Of a DNA stretch of 64,000 bases, positions 38,788 to 48,180 are shown piece by piece. The position numbers and the translations under genes were made by a program. The DNA comes from Promethearchaeota archaeon (GTDB taxonomy: Archaea > Asgardarchaeota > Lokiarchaeia > Sigyniarchaeales > SOKP01). Location of the stretch: NCBI GenBank assembly GCA_019057795.1, contig JAHLWS010000024.1:1-64000 (forward strand). Direction: 5' to 3'. Below the pieces are notes generated by a model. That model saw only the letters and a program-made list of their open reading frames with translations, was not told the DNA's origin and searched no databases. The first letter of the stretch is position 1, and each line of letters opens with the position of its first letter.

Positions 38788-40269
38788 ATGACCGAAACAA
38801 AAGAAAGAAATGTGTATGAGAAGATAAGTAAAGAGGATGTGCTTAAAAAGCTAGTCGAAATATTTGGAGAAAAATATGTAACCAATAAGTCTGGAGATTT
38901 ATACCCCTATTCGTACGATATGACCGAATGTGAGCCTCACATGCCTGATTTCATAGTTATTCCTGAAAATACTTCGCAATTAATCGAACTTGTTAAGTTT
39001 TGTAATTCTAATTTAATTCCCATTGTTCCTTACATATCTGGAAATAATGTAGGGGGTTTAACGATTCCGGAAAACGGTGGGATTCTCGTTGATTTTGGTA
39101 AAAAGATGAATAAAATTCTGCATGTTGATGACAATATGATGTACGCTCTCCTAGAACCTGGAGTTACTTTTGGTCAATTGAAAAAACACTTAGACGAAAA
39201 TTACCCACACTTAAGATATAGTTATCCTTATGCACCTCCATACGCAGGGGTTGTTGGAAACGTGATATTGAGTGGTATGAATAATCTCTCGTGTAAAATT
39301 GGATCAATGGGCGATTCAATTAACGGTTTAGAGGTAATTACTGCTGACGGCGAAATCGCTAGGATTGGCTCGTGTTTTTATGGAAAGGATGAAGCAGCCC
39401 CCGATAGTTGGTGGTGTAGATACCCTATGCCTGATTTAATGGGAATCTTTATCAACTGGCAAGGTATGACAGGTTTAGTAACCAAATGTGCCGTTCAACT
39501 ATGGCCTAATCCATCCATCAAACAAACCTATATCGCCATTGCTTTTGAACTTACAGATGTAGCTTCAGTAATGAGGGAAGTCGGGAGAACAGATGTCATC
39601 GACGGTATTTCAGCAGTTAGCATCGAAGTAGTAAAGATGGCTATAGAAATTCCTGAGCCTAAAAAATTTCCAGGTGAACCCTACTTTGCAGTGATGTTTT
39701 CAATCTCGGCAAAAACAAAAAATCAATTCAATGCTAGATTGGAAATTTTATCCAATGTAATCGAGAATTTAAATAAACAAGGGAAAAAAGTAATTTTAGT
39801 TAATGCTGACGAGTACGTCAAATTATTTAACTTAAGACTTAGGTGTTACCTCGATTTACCGTCCGTAGTACTTCCACTAGTAGAGTATTCAGGATTAACT
39901 TGGTTTGGGTCGTATGCTCCAAGTCACAAGCTCGAAGAACTAATCGAAAATGTGTATAAATTATTTAATAAACACAATATCACTCCATTTATTTACATGA
40001 AAATGATGAAATCAAGTCATTACGCGATATTTCGTCCTATTATGCGATATAACAAGTTTAAAGAAGGCGAAGAAGAAAGATACCACAAGCTATTAGAAGA
40101 AATAACTGATGTTTCAGTCGATTTAGGCTGTATACCATACAAAACCCCTGCTTGGATGACGGAAAAAATGCGCAAGAAGATTAACCCAGGATGGATTAAC
40201 CTCTTTGAAAAAATAAAGAAATGTATGGACCCAAACAATATATTTAACCCAGGAAGGTGGAATACATAA
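38788..40269 (+). CDS. FAD-binding oxidoreductase (VAO/PCMH/GlcD superfamily), third paralogue
   Basis: SGNNVG, EPGVTF, GLEVITADGE, PDLMGIF..G.TGLVTK, DPNNIFNPG. Confidence 0.9.
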   Translation: MTETKERNVYEKISKEDVLKKLVEIFGEKYVTNKSGDLYPYSYDMTECEPHMPDFIVIPENTSQLIELVKFCNSNLIPIVPYISGNNVGGLTIPENGGILVDFGKKMNKILHVDDNMMYALLEPGVTFGQLKKHLDENYPHLRYSYPYAPPYAGVVGNVILSGMNNLSCKIGSMGDSINGLEVITADGEIARIGSCFYGKDEAAPDSWWCRYPMPDLMGIFINWQGMTGLVTKCAVQLWPNPSIKQTYIAIAFELTDVASVMREVGRTDVIDGISAVSIEVVKMAIEIPEPKKFPGEPYFAVMFSISAKTKNQFNARLEILSNVIENLNKQGKKVILVNADEYVKLFNLRLRCYLDLPSVVLPLVEYSGLTWFGSYAPSHKLEELIENVYKLFNKHNITPFIYMKMMKSSHYAIFRPIMRYNKFKEGEEERYHKLLEEITDVSVDLGCIPYKTPAWMTEKMRKKINPGWINLFEKIKKCMDPNNIFNPGRWNT

Positions 40270-41448
40270 ATGATAGAAATTGATAAAAGTCTCGTAGGAA
40301 AAGATGTTTTGGAATTAGCATTTGATAACTGTATCCGTTGTTCTACATGTAAATATTCTTATAAGGGTTTCGAACCTTCGTGTCCTTCAGGAGAAAAGTT
40401 TTTATTCGAATCGTATTGGGCATCTGGGAAAATAAGAATAATAAGAGGTGTCGTAACTGGCGAATTAGAATGGTCTGAGGATTTAAAAGATGCTATTTTT
40501 GCTTGTCCAACTTGTGGAGCTTGTATGGACGCTTGTCAAGCGCCTCACGCCGATTATATCGTAGATATGATAGAAGCCCTAAGAGAATTAGCTGTAAAAC
40601 ATATCGGACCAGCTACAAACCAAGAGTTTCTGGTTTCTCGTTGCGAAGAGAATTGTAATCCTTATGGAGAGTCTAACTCTGATAATGAAGCGTTGAAAAA
40701 ACAATTTGACTTACCAGATAAAGCAGATTGGGTTTACTATATTGGTTGTACTTCTAATTACCGCCAACAAAGTTTAAGGGATTCAACTTTAAGATTCTTA
40801 AAAAAAAGCGGTATAAATTTCACTTTAATAGATGAGCATTGTTGTACGAGTCCTATGATTCGAACTGGTCAACTTAGCATTGTTAAGGATTATATGAGCT
40901 ATAATATCGCTCAAATTAAAAATATTGGGGCTACTAAAGTTATTACCTCATGTGCGGGTTGTTATAGAACATTTAAAAAAGATTTCGAAAAATTTGGCGA
41001 AGAATACGATTTTGAAGTGTTCCACACTTTAGAATTAGTAAAACAACTATTAGACGACGATAAATTAAAGTTTAAATCGAAGTATAATAAAACAGTGACT
41101 TATCACGACCCTTGTCATCTTGGAAGGCATATGGGCGTTTATGAACTTCCTAGAGCGATTTACAAGCAAATCCCGGGGTTAAAGCTAGTAGAAATGAAAA
41201 GAAATAGGAATTTTGCTTGGTGTTGCGGAGCTGGAGGTGGCGTAAAAATTGGATACCCTGAATGGTCTGTAGAAATATCAAAAGAACACCTTGAAGAGGC
41301 TAAGGAGACCGAAGCAACGGTAATATCGTCAGTATGCCCTTTTTGTAGGACGAACTTAAGCGATGCAAATGATAATTATAACTTTGAATTTGAAGTACTT
41401 GACCTAATGGAAATCATAGATCAATTAGATATTAAAATTGAGAAATAA
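40270..41448 (+). CDS. Fe-S oxidoreductase, HdrD/GlcF-like
   Basis: CIRCSTC, CPTCGACMDAC, YHDPCH, CCGAGGG, CPFC. Confidence 0.92.
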   Translation: MIEIDKSLVGKDVLELAFDNCIRCSTCKYSYKGFEPSCPSGEKFLFESYWASGKIRIIRGVVTGELEWSEDLKDAIFACPTCGACMDACQAPHADYIVDMIEALRELAVKHIGPATNQEFLVSRCEENCNPYGESNSDNEALKKQFDLPDKADWVYYIGCTSNYRQQSLRDSTLRFLKKSGINFTLIDEHCCTSPMIRTGQLSIVKDYMSYNIAQIKNIGATKVITSCAGCYRTFKKDFEKFGEEYDFEVFHTLELVKQLLDDDKLKFKSKYNKTVTYHDPCHLGRHMGVYELPRAIYKQIPGLKLVEMKRNRNFAWCCGAGGGVKIGYPEWSVEISKEHLEEAKETEATVISSVCPFCRTNLSDANDNYNFEFEVLDLMEIIDQLDIKIEK

Positions 41449-41633
41449 AAATAAATTGAATCGTCAATTTTCTTTAATTCTTTTTTAAACCACTCTTTAG
41501 CTGTCACCTTAATACCTTAAAATGAAAGATCTCACTCATTTTAAAACATTAGAAAATTATAATTATATACAAATTTATTATTATTATGTTAATCGTAGAA
41601 TAAATTATAATATTTTTAAGAGGTTAAATTTAA

Positions 41634-41963
41634 ATGAAAGATATTGATCAGATGGAAGAAATGATCATGGCATTAACTCCAGCAGAACGAGCGCAACTAT
41701 TACAAAAAATTGTGCAACATTTAGGTGAAAATTTTCCTAATATTGAAAGTGATCCAACCATATGTGGTGGTGAACCAAGAATTGTAAGAACAAGAATACC
41801 AATATGGCTTTTAGTACAGGCGCGGCGATTAGGAACAACTGAAGCGGACATCTTAAAAAGCTATCCTTCATTACGAGCCGAAGATATAGTAAGTGCTTGG
41901 GCATATTATCGAAGCCATAAAGAAGAAATTGAACAACAGATCAGAGAAAATGAGGAAGCATAA
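41634..41963 (+). CDS. DUF433 antitoxin (VapB45-like)
   Basis: DPTICGGEPRI..TRIP...YPSL.AEDI. Confidence 0.9.
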   Translation: MKDIDQMEEMIMALTPAERAQLLQKIVQHLGENFPNIESDPTICGGEPRIVRTRIPIWLLVQARRLGTTEADILKSYPSLRAEDIVSAWAYYRSHKEEIEQQIRENEEA

Positions 41964-41966
41964 AAT

Positions 41967-42308
41967 ATGATTCGTTTTTATGCAAATGAAAATTTTCCCC
42001 TTCCAGTCGTACAACATCTCAGAAAATTTGGATATGAATTTATAACTCTTCAAGAAACAGGTCTTGCAGGAAAGGCAATATCAGATGAAGAGGTTTTAAA
42101 ATATTCAATAAAACAGAAGTGCGTCCTAATAACTTTCAATAGAAAACATTTCATTCATTTGCATAAAGAAAATCCCGACCATCATGGCATTATTGTTTGC
42201 ACATTTGATCCCGATTTTAAGGATCTCGCAAATCATATTCATCAAGCTATCGCTAAAGAAGATAATTTATTTAAAAAATTAATTAGAATTAATCGCCCAA
42301 TGAGATAA
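41967..42308 (+). CDS. DUF5615 PIN-like toxin (VapC45-like)
   Basis: RFYANENFP, SDEEVL, LITFN.KHF, HHGII; directly downstream of DUF433. Confidence 0.88.
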   Translation: MIRFYANENFPLPVVQHLRKFGYEFITLQETGLAGKAISDEEVLKYSIKQKCVLITFNRKHFIHLHKENPDHHGIIVCTFDPDFKDLANHIHQAIAKEDNLFKKLIRINRPMR

Positions 42309-42452
42309 AACTAGGAAGGAATAAATATTACTTACTGATTGTTAGATTATTTTTAATAAATTTCCTATGACTTTTAATGGAGGTTTGATTCCTTTTTTCT
42401 CAAAAAAAGTTGGATAATTACATCCCAAGCAGATAAGGGCTATTCTAAAGGT

Positions 42453-42518
42453 CTAGTAACATATAATTATTGATTCATAATCGACAGTCGCTATAGGGGA
42501 CCATCTTATTTCAACCAT
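42453..42518 (-). pseudogene. Truncated RelE/ParE toxin (first 21 codons only)
   Basis: MVEIRWSPIATVDYESII matches the ParE N-terminal pattern (I.WS..A..D...I). It overlaps the 3' end of the upstream antitoxin-like gene and then stops. Confidence 0.7.
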
Positions 42519-42700
42519 TCTTTAAACCTTTCTTTTACATCATCATGGGATATAAATTCTCCCTTATCCAACTGCTCAATACCTTTTGTAATCATTTGCT
42601 GAACATAAATTGATTCCATGATATCATCGTAATTAGCATCATTTGGAAGCTTTTTAATTGATTCAATTACCTTTTCTTTTATTGTTTGCATATTCTTCAA
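42506..42700 (-). CDS. Small antitoxin-like protein of the type found upstream of ParE/RelE toxins
   Basis: KEKV...I..LP.DA.YDDI...I.KG......G..ISH.DVK..F..W pattern. Confidence 0.75.
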   Translation of the reverse strand: MKNMQTIKEKVIESIKKLPNDANYDDIMESIYVQQMITKGIEQLDKGEFISHDDVKERFKEWLK

Positions 42701-43016
42701 TATTTATAATGTATTTATAATTTAAATTATTAATCTTAGGATTGATTAAATCTTAAAATAATTAAATAAATCAATTAAAAGTGAGTGAAAATGCTTAATA
42801 TCTGCCCTATTTGGGTAGAATACTAAAAAATTTAAGAAAAAGGATCATTCTAACTAAGAAAATTTTAATTTTCCATTTAGGGAATATTCATGCAGATTAA
42901 TCCTTACAAGTAGTATTTTATAAACTTCCTATGTAATAATTGCATATACATTTAAATTGAGTGAAATTCTAATATACTTTAACACTTGATATGACAACAT
43001 TTAGCGTGAGAAAAGG

Positions 43017-43517
43017 ATGAAATATAAAAGAAATCAATATTCTGAAGGAGTTAGCGTTTGCTCTTTCATTATAGCTGGTATTTTAATTTATTGGGGAACT
43101 AATGATATCTTTGTACCCCTTTGGGCTGGTACATCAATTAATTGGTGGGGACTCTTCTGGTATGCAATTGCGGCAGCTATTATTGGCGGTCAGATCGCAG
43201 CGTGGGCTAACAGAAGTAAACTAAGAAACGCTGTTTTATACGAGTATGAGGAACATCCGGAAGCAACCATCGAAGAAATTAGCCAAAACACGGGAATTAC
43301 TATAAAAGATGTACAAGCCATAATTTTAGACTTAAAAGCAAGTGGCTTATTACGAGGTAAATTCTCTTCCACTACAGGACAATTGACTCATGCAGAAGTT
43401 ATAAAAAAACCACAAGGAGAAGTTTCAGAAGGAAAAGTAACTTATTGTCCAAATTGTGGAACCGCAAAAGTAAAAGAATCGGCAGTATTTTGCTCATATT
43501 GCGGTACAAAATTATAA
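43017..43517 (+). CDS. Two-TM protein with winged-helix (PCI-like) domain and C-terminal zinc ribbon
   Basis: Two hydrophobic segments; TIEEISQNTGI..DV..IILDL..G.LRG; CPNCG...CSYCG. Confidence 0.8.
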   Translation: MKYKRNQYSEGVSVCSFIIAGILIYWGTNDIFVPLWAGTSINWWGLFWYAIAAAIIGGQIAAWANRSKLRNAVLYEYEEHPEATIEEISQNTGITIKDVQAIILDLKASGLLRGKFSSTTGQLTHAEVIKKPQGEVSEGKVTYCPNCGTAKVKESAVFCSYCGTKL

Positions 43518-43723
43518 ATTATAACTTTTCTTATTTTTTTATTCTAAAATTACTTTTTAGTAAAAACTTTATAAACTAATTTAGCAAATTAATAGTAATA
43601 ATTGATTTTGAAGAGAAATATCGTATAAGGGTGTAAAATATAGAATTAGAAGATGAAAGGTTTTCGAAAGACGAAAACCTATGGGAAGAACATAAGATTC
43701 CATTAACTTATGATCAAGAGAGT

Positions 43724-44689
43724 ATGACAAAGTGGTTTGATGAAAAAAGAGGAGGTATTGAAGGAAGAGCAGATGTATTCTATCTTATGTTTGGTATAAC
43801 GTATAACTGTCAGCTTAAATGTCCACATTGTTGCGTGGGAAATTACAAAAATGAACCACGTCGAGAACTTACAACGGATGAAATTAAGGACATATTAGAT
43901 CAATCTGCTAAAGCTTTTGTGGTCAACTTCTTTGGAGGTGAACCAACCATGAGAGCAGATATAATGGAATTAATAAAGTACGCTTCAGAAAGAGCTGTGT
44001 ATGTATTTTGTGATACAAATGGATTAAAAATCACGAAGGATTTTGCAAGACAATTAAAGGATAGCGGTTTAGAAATGCTTTATGTTAGCATCGATAGTCC
44101 AATTCCAGAAAAACACGACCAATTGCGCGGAATGAAAGGAACATATAATAAAGCTGTTCAGGGTATAAAAAATGCGCTTGAAGTGAGATTAAAATGTGCT
44201 CTTTCTACTTATGTAACCAAAGAAACTCTAGCTAACGGTGAATTTGAAGATGTAATCGAATTAGCAAGAGAGTTAGGGGCAAATGGAGTAAGATATTTAT
44301 TACCTACCCCAGCTGGTAGATGGTTATATAATCCTGAGGTAAAATTGACGCTTAAAGAAGAGAGAAAAGTTAGAAAAATTGCGGAGTTTCCATTTGTATG
44401 TAGAGATTTTTATTTTCAAACTCAAAGTTCAAGTCAATGTAGGGGAATTGCAGATAACGTGTATTTCTACATTTCGCCTTATGGAGATGTCCAGCCTTGT
44501 TGCTTCATGCCACTTACTTTCGGAAATACCAGGGAAGAACCTCTGAAAACAATTTTAGAAAGAATGTGGGGCCATCCAATGATGTGCGAATCTTGGACAA
44601 AAAAAGAATGCCCAATGTTAAACGAAGAATTCAGGAGCAAATATATAAATACAATTCCTCCTAAAACTAAGCTACCATTTAGAATGTAA
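43724..44689 (+). CDS. Radical SAM protein with SPASM/Twitch domain
   Basis: CQLKCPHC, GGEP, TNG, VSIDS, C...ISPYGDVQPC. The frame is open upstream to an ATA at 43640. Confidence 0.93.
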   Translation: MTKWFDEKRGGIEGRADVFYLMFGITYNCQLKCPHCCVGNYKNEPRRELTTDEIKDILDQSAKAFVVNFFGGEPTMRADIMELIKYASERAVYVFCDTNGLKITKDFARQLKDSGLEMLYVSIDSPIPEKHDQLRGMKGTYNKAVQGIKNALEVRLKCALSTYVTKETLANGEFEDVIELARELGANGVRYLLPTPAGRWLYNPEVKLTLKEERKVRKIAEFPFVCRDFYFQTQSSSQCRGIADNVYFYISPYGDVQPCCFMPLTFGNTREEPLKTILERMWGHPMMCESWTKKECPMLNEEFRSKYINTIPPKTKLPFRM

Positions 44690-44974
44690 AAAAAAATTTT
44701 ATCCTTATTTTTTAATCTTCAAAAATTCAAGTAGATTACTCGTAGATTGTCTTACTGAACTCAAATAATTTCACTTAGAAGAGTAACGGTTTTAGAAGAT
44801 ATTTTCTCAATATTAACACGCACTTCTTTCTTCAACAATTTCTCGAAAAATTAGGAAACAGCATTACACGCAAAAAATTATGGAAATTGACAATTGTTTA
44901 ATATTCAATAAATTTATTTCTTTAAATTTCTATTATTGTAATGAATAAAAATAAATTAAAAGCATAAAAATAAA

Positions 44975-45205
44975 ATGAAAGTATATCTTGAAAAAGAAGT
45001 AGCTGAGGATTTAATTGGTTATAAATTGAGAAATATTCAAGAAAATATTAAAAAAATATTAAAAAGATGGAATGAAATTGAATCGTCTACATTTTTAGAG
45101 AAGGCAAAAAATGGTACATATTCTGAAGCGGAAAACGATGCGATTGATTTAAAGCAATTATTACTTGAAGAAAATAAATTAAATAACCTAATGAATTCCT
45201 TTTAG
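44975..45205 (+). CDS. Small helical protein, probable antitoxin partner
   Basis: 76 aa; abuts the downstream toxin-like gene. Confidence 0.6.
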   Translation: MKVYLEKEVAEDLIGYKLRNIQENIKKILKRWNEIESSTFLEKAKNGTYSEAENDAIDLKQLLLEENKLNNLMNSF

Positions 45206-45574
45206 ATGAAGAATATTTTGACAGGTCTTGACAAACTTATTGTTGCACGCAAAATTCTATTAGAAAATTTACTTCCAAAAATTAAAAATGAATATATCGA
45301 TGATGAACGCCCGTTTTTAGAAATTTCTTTTTTTAAAGGATTAATTCTCTATATCCGTTATAATGACTATGAAGAATATTCTTATCAATTAATCTATTCA
45401 CAGAATCCTCTTGATAGAATTCGTTATGATAATTATGATGATATGTGGAATGTTAAATCTAAACCTCATCATTATCATCCTAGAGGAGAAAAAGCTGCTA
45501 TTGAAAGCTCGATGAATGGAGATCCCAAACATGATATGCTAATTCTTATAAAAGAGTTTTTAATTGTCTTATAA
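45206..45574 (+). CDS. DUF6516/TumE-like toxin
   Basis: YSYQ...IRYDN...PHHYH motif. Confidence 0.75.
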   Translation: MKNILTGLDKLIVARKILLENLLPKIKNEYIDDERPFLEISFFKGLILYIRYNDYEEYSYQLIYSQNPLDRIRYDNYDDMWNVKSKPHHYHPRGEKAAIESSMNGDPKHDMLILIKEFLIVL

Positions 45575-45679
45575 TCTCCAATATTATATGGGGGTTCGAA
45601 TCCTTTTTTCATAAAAGATTAGAGTATATTCAGATTAGAATCATTTTGATCCAATTTTTCCTGAAATGGAGGGGTTTGT

Positions 45680-45925
45680 GCTAACGGAAAAAGAAAAAAA
45701 GTAGCAATAGCTCTAGGTCATGAACCATATGGGGCTATGGCTGGAATTACCGGCGTACCATTAGCCATAGGAGCAATTATGATGATCGACGGTAAAATCA
45801 ATAAAAAAGGAGTTTTAACTCCTGAAGAGGCAATAACTGAACCAATGGAATTTTTTAATAGACTTGCTCCTTATTGTGGTAAAAATCTTTCAGGTAAGGA
45901 TATTTTGATAATTAGAGAAGATTAA
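45680..45925 (+). pseudogene. C-terminal remnant of a saccharopine-dehydrogenase-like oxidoreductase
   Basis: MAGITGVPLAIGA.M...G.I.KKGVL.PE is the family C-terminus. No Rossmann N-terminus is present upstream. Confidence 0.75.
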
Positions 45926-45983
45926 TCTAAATTAATTTTTTTTTTATATATCTTTTTATAGAAAAACAAGTGCAATTATAATC

Positions 45984-46811
45984 ATGGAAAAGTTAATCGT
46001 TTCATGTGTTCAATTTGCGTATAAGCAAATTGAAAGTTTCGATGATTTCGCTAAAAATGTGGAAAATTTAATGAACCAAGCCGATGGTTCGGATTTTGTC
46101 GTGTTTCCCGAGACTATTACTTTAGAACTTCAATATCTAATTCCAAACAACAATTTGAATAAAATCCCTGAATTCACTAAGAAATACAGAAACCTTTTCG
46201 CTCGCTTATCTAAAGAAAAAGGGCAATATATTATAGGGGGTTCACACTTAACAATTGAAAACGGAAAGGAGTATAATATAGGGCATATATTTTGCCCCGA
46301 TGGAAAATTATTGATACATCGAAAAACACATCTTTTTCCATTAGAAGCAAGTATGGGGGTGACTCCTGGAAACACTTTAGAAATCTTCGAAACCGAAAAA
46401 GCGAACATTGGTCTGGCTATCTGTTACGAGATGGAGTTTCCAGAAGTAGCTCGAACATTAACTTTAAAAGGGGCTGATGTTATTTTTTGCCCCTCCTATA
46501 CCATAGGCGAAGCTGGATTCTGGCGCGTTAGGCATTGTTGCCAAGCACGAGCCATAGAAAATCAGATTTACGTCCTCCATTCGTGTTTGGTAGGAGAGTC
46601 TCCGCATAAAGGAATGGAAGGATGGGGAAGATCGTCAATTTTAAGTCCGTGCGAAACTCCATGGAATCCTAATGGCATAATTGCTGAAGCTAAAACAAAT
46701 GAAGAAATGGTGATAACTGGTGAATTAGATCTTAAGGTTCTACACAAAAAAAGAAAACGTGGAGCGGCTACTACTCTTAAAGACCGACGTCCTGAAATCT
46801 ATAAAATTTAA
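45984..46811 (+). CDS. Carbon-nitrogen hydrolase (nitrilase superfamily)
   Basis: VFPE, RKTHL, ICYEMEFPE, ARAIENQ, DRRPEIY. Confidence 0.92.
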   Translation: MEKLIVSCVQFAYKQIESFDDFAKNVENLMNQADGSDFVVFPETITLELQYLIPNNNLNKIPEFTKKYRNLFARLSKEKGQYIIGGSHLTIENGKEYNIGHIFCPDGKLLIHRKTHLFPLEASMGVTPGNTLEIFETEKANIGLAICYEMEFPEVARTLTLKGADVIFCPSYTIGEAGFWRVRHCCQARAIENQIYVLHSCLVGESPHKGMEGWGRSSILSPCETPWNPNGIIAEAKTNEEMVITGELDLKVLHKKRKRGAATTLKDRRPEIYKI

Positions 46812-46898
46812 TTGTAAGATTTAAATTAAAAATAAAAACCTTTAATATTATAAGTCAATTTACTCTATCTTAACATTAATTCAATTTAATAAAAAAAT

Positions 46899-48180
46899 GT
46901 GAATAAAATGGCAATTAAATTAAAATCCGATTTCTCGTTGACAGAAATAGAAGAAAAATTAGGCACTAAAAGTTTTATTGGTCTTGCTTTTGTAACTATT
47001 TATATTAACCTATTCTTTATACAAGCTTTGCGAGCTTTTATACCAGGTGTGTATGTCTCAATAACTCATGTCGTATTCGGAGAGGATGTTCTTGTGAATG
47101 GGATGATTCTTTTAGCTCTAATATTTTTCTTTATACCAGGGTTAACCAATACGATCTGCAAAAAAGTTGGGTTAAATAAGTTGATGAAATTTTCAATACT
47201 TGCTATAGTAATATTTAGATTATTATTAGCTTTTCAATTACCGTCTAAGTTGGAAACAATATGTGTTGGTTTGATCATCACTTTCTACGGTTTTTACCTA
47301 AGCACATTCAGTACATTATGGTTAAGAGAAAACGATGAGATTAAGTCGAATCATAAAATAATTTTCATAACCTTAACAATACTAATTGCGTTTCTTATAG
47401 ATTATTTTATTCGGGCATTAGGATTATCTCTCGATATCTCTCTTAGCTCCTGGCTTAATCTTAGATTGGAATTTGACGCAATATTTTTGGTTGATTTTTC
47501 AAATTCCTTTAAGCGGACTATGTATATATTTGACCTATAAACACTTTCCCCGCTTTTCTAGTAAGATTAAACCAGAAAAACCTGCAGACCCCGAGTATAA
47601 AACTTTAAATTCGTTGATCTTCGTTGGAGTTGGAATGTTTTTCTTTTTACAATTTAGCCTTTTCTTATACCCAAATGTTATTGCTCAATATACCGCAACT
47701 AGTTATTACTTTAATAATATTCTAAATATTATTTGTTTAATGGTGGCGACTTGTTTGGTGCTATTCATAAAAATAGACTTCTTTTCAGATATTAGATTAT
47801 CGATTATTTTAAATGCATTTATGATCTTATCGCTGATATTGTTTTTCTTCTTTCCCAAAGATTTAACCTATGTTGCAAGTATTTTTATCTCAATATCACT
47901 AATTATCATGTATTTAAATTTCTATATACTCTTTTCCCGAATGACGAAAATTAACTTTAAATGGGAGAAAGTAAAAACGATATCTAATGCACTGACTATT
48001 GGATTTGCATTCATGGTTATTTTTGATGTACTCCATATCTTTACAACTGACTGGTCTGGAACAATAGAAGCTTTCAAAGGATTAGGCCCTATAATTATGT
48101 TAACGGCAGGAATTCTATTTTCTATTTCAAGTTTTGGCGCAATCATGCTTAAATCAAAAAAGGAGGGATCAGAAAGATGA
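46899..48180 (+). pseudogene. Multi-pass membrane protein split by a frameshift near 47440 (ORFs 46899-47540 and 47473-48180)
   Basis: Hydrophobic coding signal switches frame at a CT microsatellite (atctctctta). The joined product reads GLSLDISL/APGLILDWNLTQYFWL. A sequencing error is also possible. Confidence 0.7.

Noticed and set aside
42791-42826. Tiny ORF MLNICPIWVEY as a decayed zinc-finger antitoxin
   Set aside because: Too short to distinguish from chance.
45588-45610. tRNA gene suggested by GGTTCGAATCC
   Set aside because: No acceptor stem, D-arm or anticodon arm can be folded, and the flanks are AT-rich.
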